This document shows, piece after piece, positions 62,294 to 64,000 of a stretch of 64,000 nt of DNA. Source of the DNA: Diadema antillarum (Eukaryota). Made by a program: the position numbers and the translations under genes. Each line of letters starts with the position of its first letter. Position 1 is the first letter of the stretch. The notes beneath the pieces are model-generated. The model searched no databases. It had not been told where the DNA came from and saw only the letters and a program-made list of their open reading frames with translations. The stretch is from contig NW_027271016.1 of the NCBI RefSeq assembly GCF_040938485.1, positions 620,001 to 684,000 of the forward strand, given 5' to 3'.

Positions 62294-63454
62294 TCATGAT
62301 AAACTGGAACAAATTATGTTTTGCATGTCAAACTTCAGTGGGCGAATATGAGTGGGGGTCAACCGCAGATCAGTCGGTGATGCGCGGCCTCTCATCCACT
62401 CATATGTGCGGGCGTCTATTATATTTACCGACGCTCCGGTGTCGACCAGCATGTCGATTTCGATGTCCGCTATTTTGACGCGGGTCTTGTTTCGCGACTG
62501 CCCAATGGTGAAGAGACGGTGGGTGTCCGTGGCAGGCGTTTCACCAGTCTCACTGCCGTTGTCGTGGTGGTTGGCGATCTCGTCGTCGAATGGCTGGAAA
62601 TTACTGAGTTCTTCAGCCACTGAATTCACGCCTTTCGAGCTGCTGCTGCGACAAACTCGAGAATAGTGTCCGATTTTATGACACTTTCTGCACTCCTGTC
62701 CTCTAGCTGGGCACTGTTGATCTGGAGGTTGATGTCCGTTGATCCCACAGTTAGAACACGGTCCAAAGTTGGATTGGCGCGAGTATTGTGGCGCGTATAA
62801 TCCTCTTCCTCCTCCTTTGCGGTGTCGACCGCGATTTGAGAACCGCCGACCTCGCCTGTCATTAGGCGCTCGATAGCTCTGTCTAGTAGTCACTTCGTCT
62901 ACGTGTTCAGTGGAGGGGGTCGAGTTCTTCATCTCCATCGCCGAGGCTTGGCGATCGGCTGCTTCCGCAGCACGAGCGATAGAGAGAAGACCAGTCAGCT
63001 TAAGGTCCGGCTCTCTCAGCAGTCGACGGCGTAGCGACTTGGAGTTGCATTTGTCAATGAACTGATCTCGAATGTGGTCGTCCTCGTTGGCACCGAATTC
63101 GCACGTGGAGGAGAGCGTCTTAAGCCTCATGTAGTACTCATCAACAGACTCGCTGTCACGTTGCTCACATTGGCGGAATGAGTGTCTCTCGAATGCAACG
63201 TTTTTCTTTGGCACAAAATAGCCAGTCAAGGCTGACATAGCAGAGTTGTAAAATGTTCCCCCATTCAGCGTGGCAAAAAGCTGCTGCACATCTGGTCCGA
63301 CGCAGTGAAGAAGAATTGCCCGTTTTGCTGCATCTTCTGTGACTCCCGTAGCGGCAATGTAGTACCCGAATGCCATCTTCCACTTCGACCAAGCATGCGA
63401 TGCTCTGGCCGAAATATCGAAGGGAGCAGGCGGAGTAAGCATCCTCGTCGCCAT
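62294..63454 (-). CDS. gag: Gag-protease polyprotein, 386 aa, ending just after the protease
   Basis: MATRMLTPPAPFD; capsid-like WSKWKMAF and AFERHSF...RDQFI; paired knuckles CSNCGINGH...C and CRKCHKIGHYSRVC; aspartic protease MLVDTGASVNII. No RT, RNase H or integrase motifs. Confidence 0.88.
   Translation of the reverse strand: MATRMLTPPAPFDISARASHAWSKWKMAFGYYIAATGVTEDAAKRAILLHCVGPDVQQLFATLNGGTFYNSAMSALTGYFVPKKNVAFERHSFRQCEQRDSESVDEYYMRLKTLSSTCEFGANEDDHIRDQFIDKCNSKSLRRRLLREPDLKLTGLLSIARAAEAADRQASAMEMKNSTPSTEHVDEVTTRQSYRAPNDRRGRRFSNRGRHRKGGGRGLYAPQYSRQSNFGPCSNCGINGHQPPDQQCPARGQECRKCHKIGHYSRVCRSSSSKGVNSVAEELSNFQPFDDEIANHHDNGSETGETPATDTHRLFTIGQSRNKTRVKIADIEIDMLVDTGASVNIIDARTYEWMRGRASPTDLRLTPTHIRPLKFDMQNIICSSLS
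63440..63453 (-). promoter_or_regulatory. Primer binding site complementary to tRNA-Ser(GCU)
   Basis: Minus strand TGGCGACGAGGATG is complementary to the 3' end CATCCTCGTCG-CCA of eukaryotic tRNA-Ser(GCU) as recalled; it starts 1 nt after the 5' LTR. Confidence 0.8.
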
Positions 63455-63915
63455 TTTTATGTTTTTATGTGTGTGAGGATGAAGTCGGACTCTAAGACTC
63501 AGTGAGAAAATGAAGGAGGCATGACTGCTTTGCTCTGGAGTCAAAACGCAAGTGTGCTTTATTCATTGTTCTCCAGTATATCAATCCAACACATGTACAT
63601 TTGATGTATCACTGTACACTATATCTACAAAACATGACCCGGTGACTTTCCGGTGTTGTTTACAATATATTGCTGATATGGTGTGATGAGGTGATGATGA
63701 ATGACGGGGAGAGCGGAAAGGAAGTAGGAACAGAAAGTAGCTGTCGGCGTATCAAAGATCATGAAGAGAGAAAGAAACCAGAGAACGATAAGAACTTAAC
63801 AGTGGACAAGTGTGGTGGAAGGGTGGCGGTGAGATGGCTGATTATGGAATGAATGAAACATGCTGTTTACTGCTACACCATAGATAGTCACAATATGTCT
63901 CGTGCAGACACAATA
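63455..63915 (-). repeat. 5' LTR (461 bp)
   Basis: Matches 61693-62159. Confidence 0.92.
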
Positions 63916-64000
63916 ATGGCACTGCAGATTTCAAAACTAAAATGTCAAGTTTAGCTGTACTTAAAGTGAATGCGGTTGTGGTTTTCAGCTGCAAACTCGG

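Larger units (their letters stand above)
61693..63915 (-). mobile_element. Young non-autonomous Gypsy (Mag-like) LTR retrotransposon encoding only Gag and protease
   Basis: LTRs 61693-62159 and 63455-63915; TSD ATGGC at 61688-61692 and 63916-63920; PBS 63440-63453; PPT 62160-62173; 1295-bp internal region. Confidence 0.92.

Noticed and set aside
63450-63454. TSD ATGGC equals the first five bases inside the 5' LTR on the element strand
   Set aside because: A single 5-bp coincidence in opposite orientation; no mechanism is needed to explain it.

Overview
Eukaryotic, AT-rich, intron-containing and transposon-dense genomic DNA, most likely from a marine invertebrate deuterostome such as an echinoderm (inferred from repeat types and gene content, not proven). 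Five things stand out. (1) The 3' end of a TRPM1/3-type cation channel gene (1-3191); its last exon is broken by apparent 1-nt indels. (2) A head-to-tail array of four two-exon, cytosolic sulfotransferase-fold genes (17.4-48.7 kb; Sulfotransfer_5-like, the domain also found in plant BCAT-like proteins). Their PAPS-binding motifs are near-invariant, a loop just after them is hypervariable, there are gene-conversion tracts, and copy 4 is frameshifted. Copies 2-4 are each preceded by an antisense, decayed Gypsy remnant. (3) An intronless 773-aa orphan type I membrane receptor with a Cys-rich, heavily N-glycosylatable ectodomain and a tail rich in Tyr motifs, two matching the ITIM consensus (54.5-56.8 kb). 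(4) A very young 2.2-kb LTR retroelement encoding only Gag plus protease, with near-identical LTRs, a tRNA-Ser PBS, a PPT, a 5-bp TSD and non-canonical TA...AA termini (61.7-63.9 kb); it is related to the remnants in the array. (5) L2 and L1/Tx1 LINE fragments and many non-autonomous DNA transposons, several confirmed by empty sites in paralogous repeat units. No rRNA, tRNA or CRISPR features were found. Family names come from motif recognition, not database searches.
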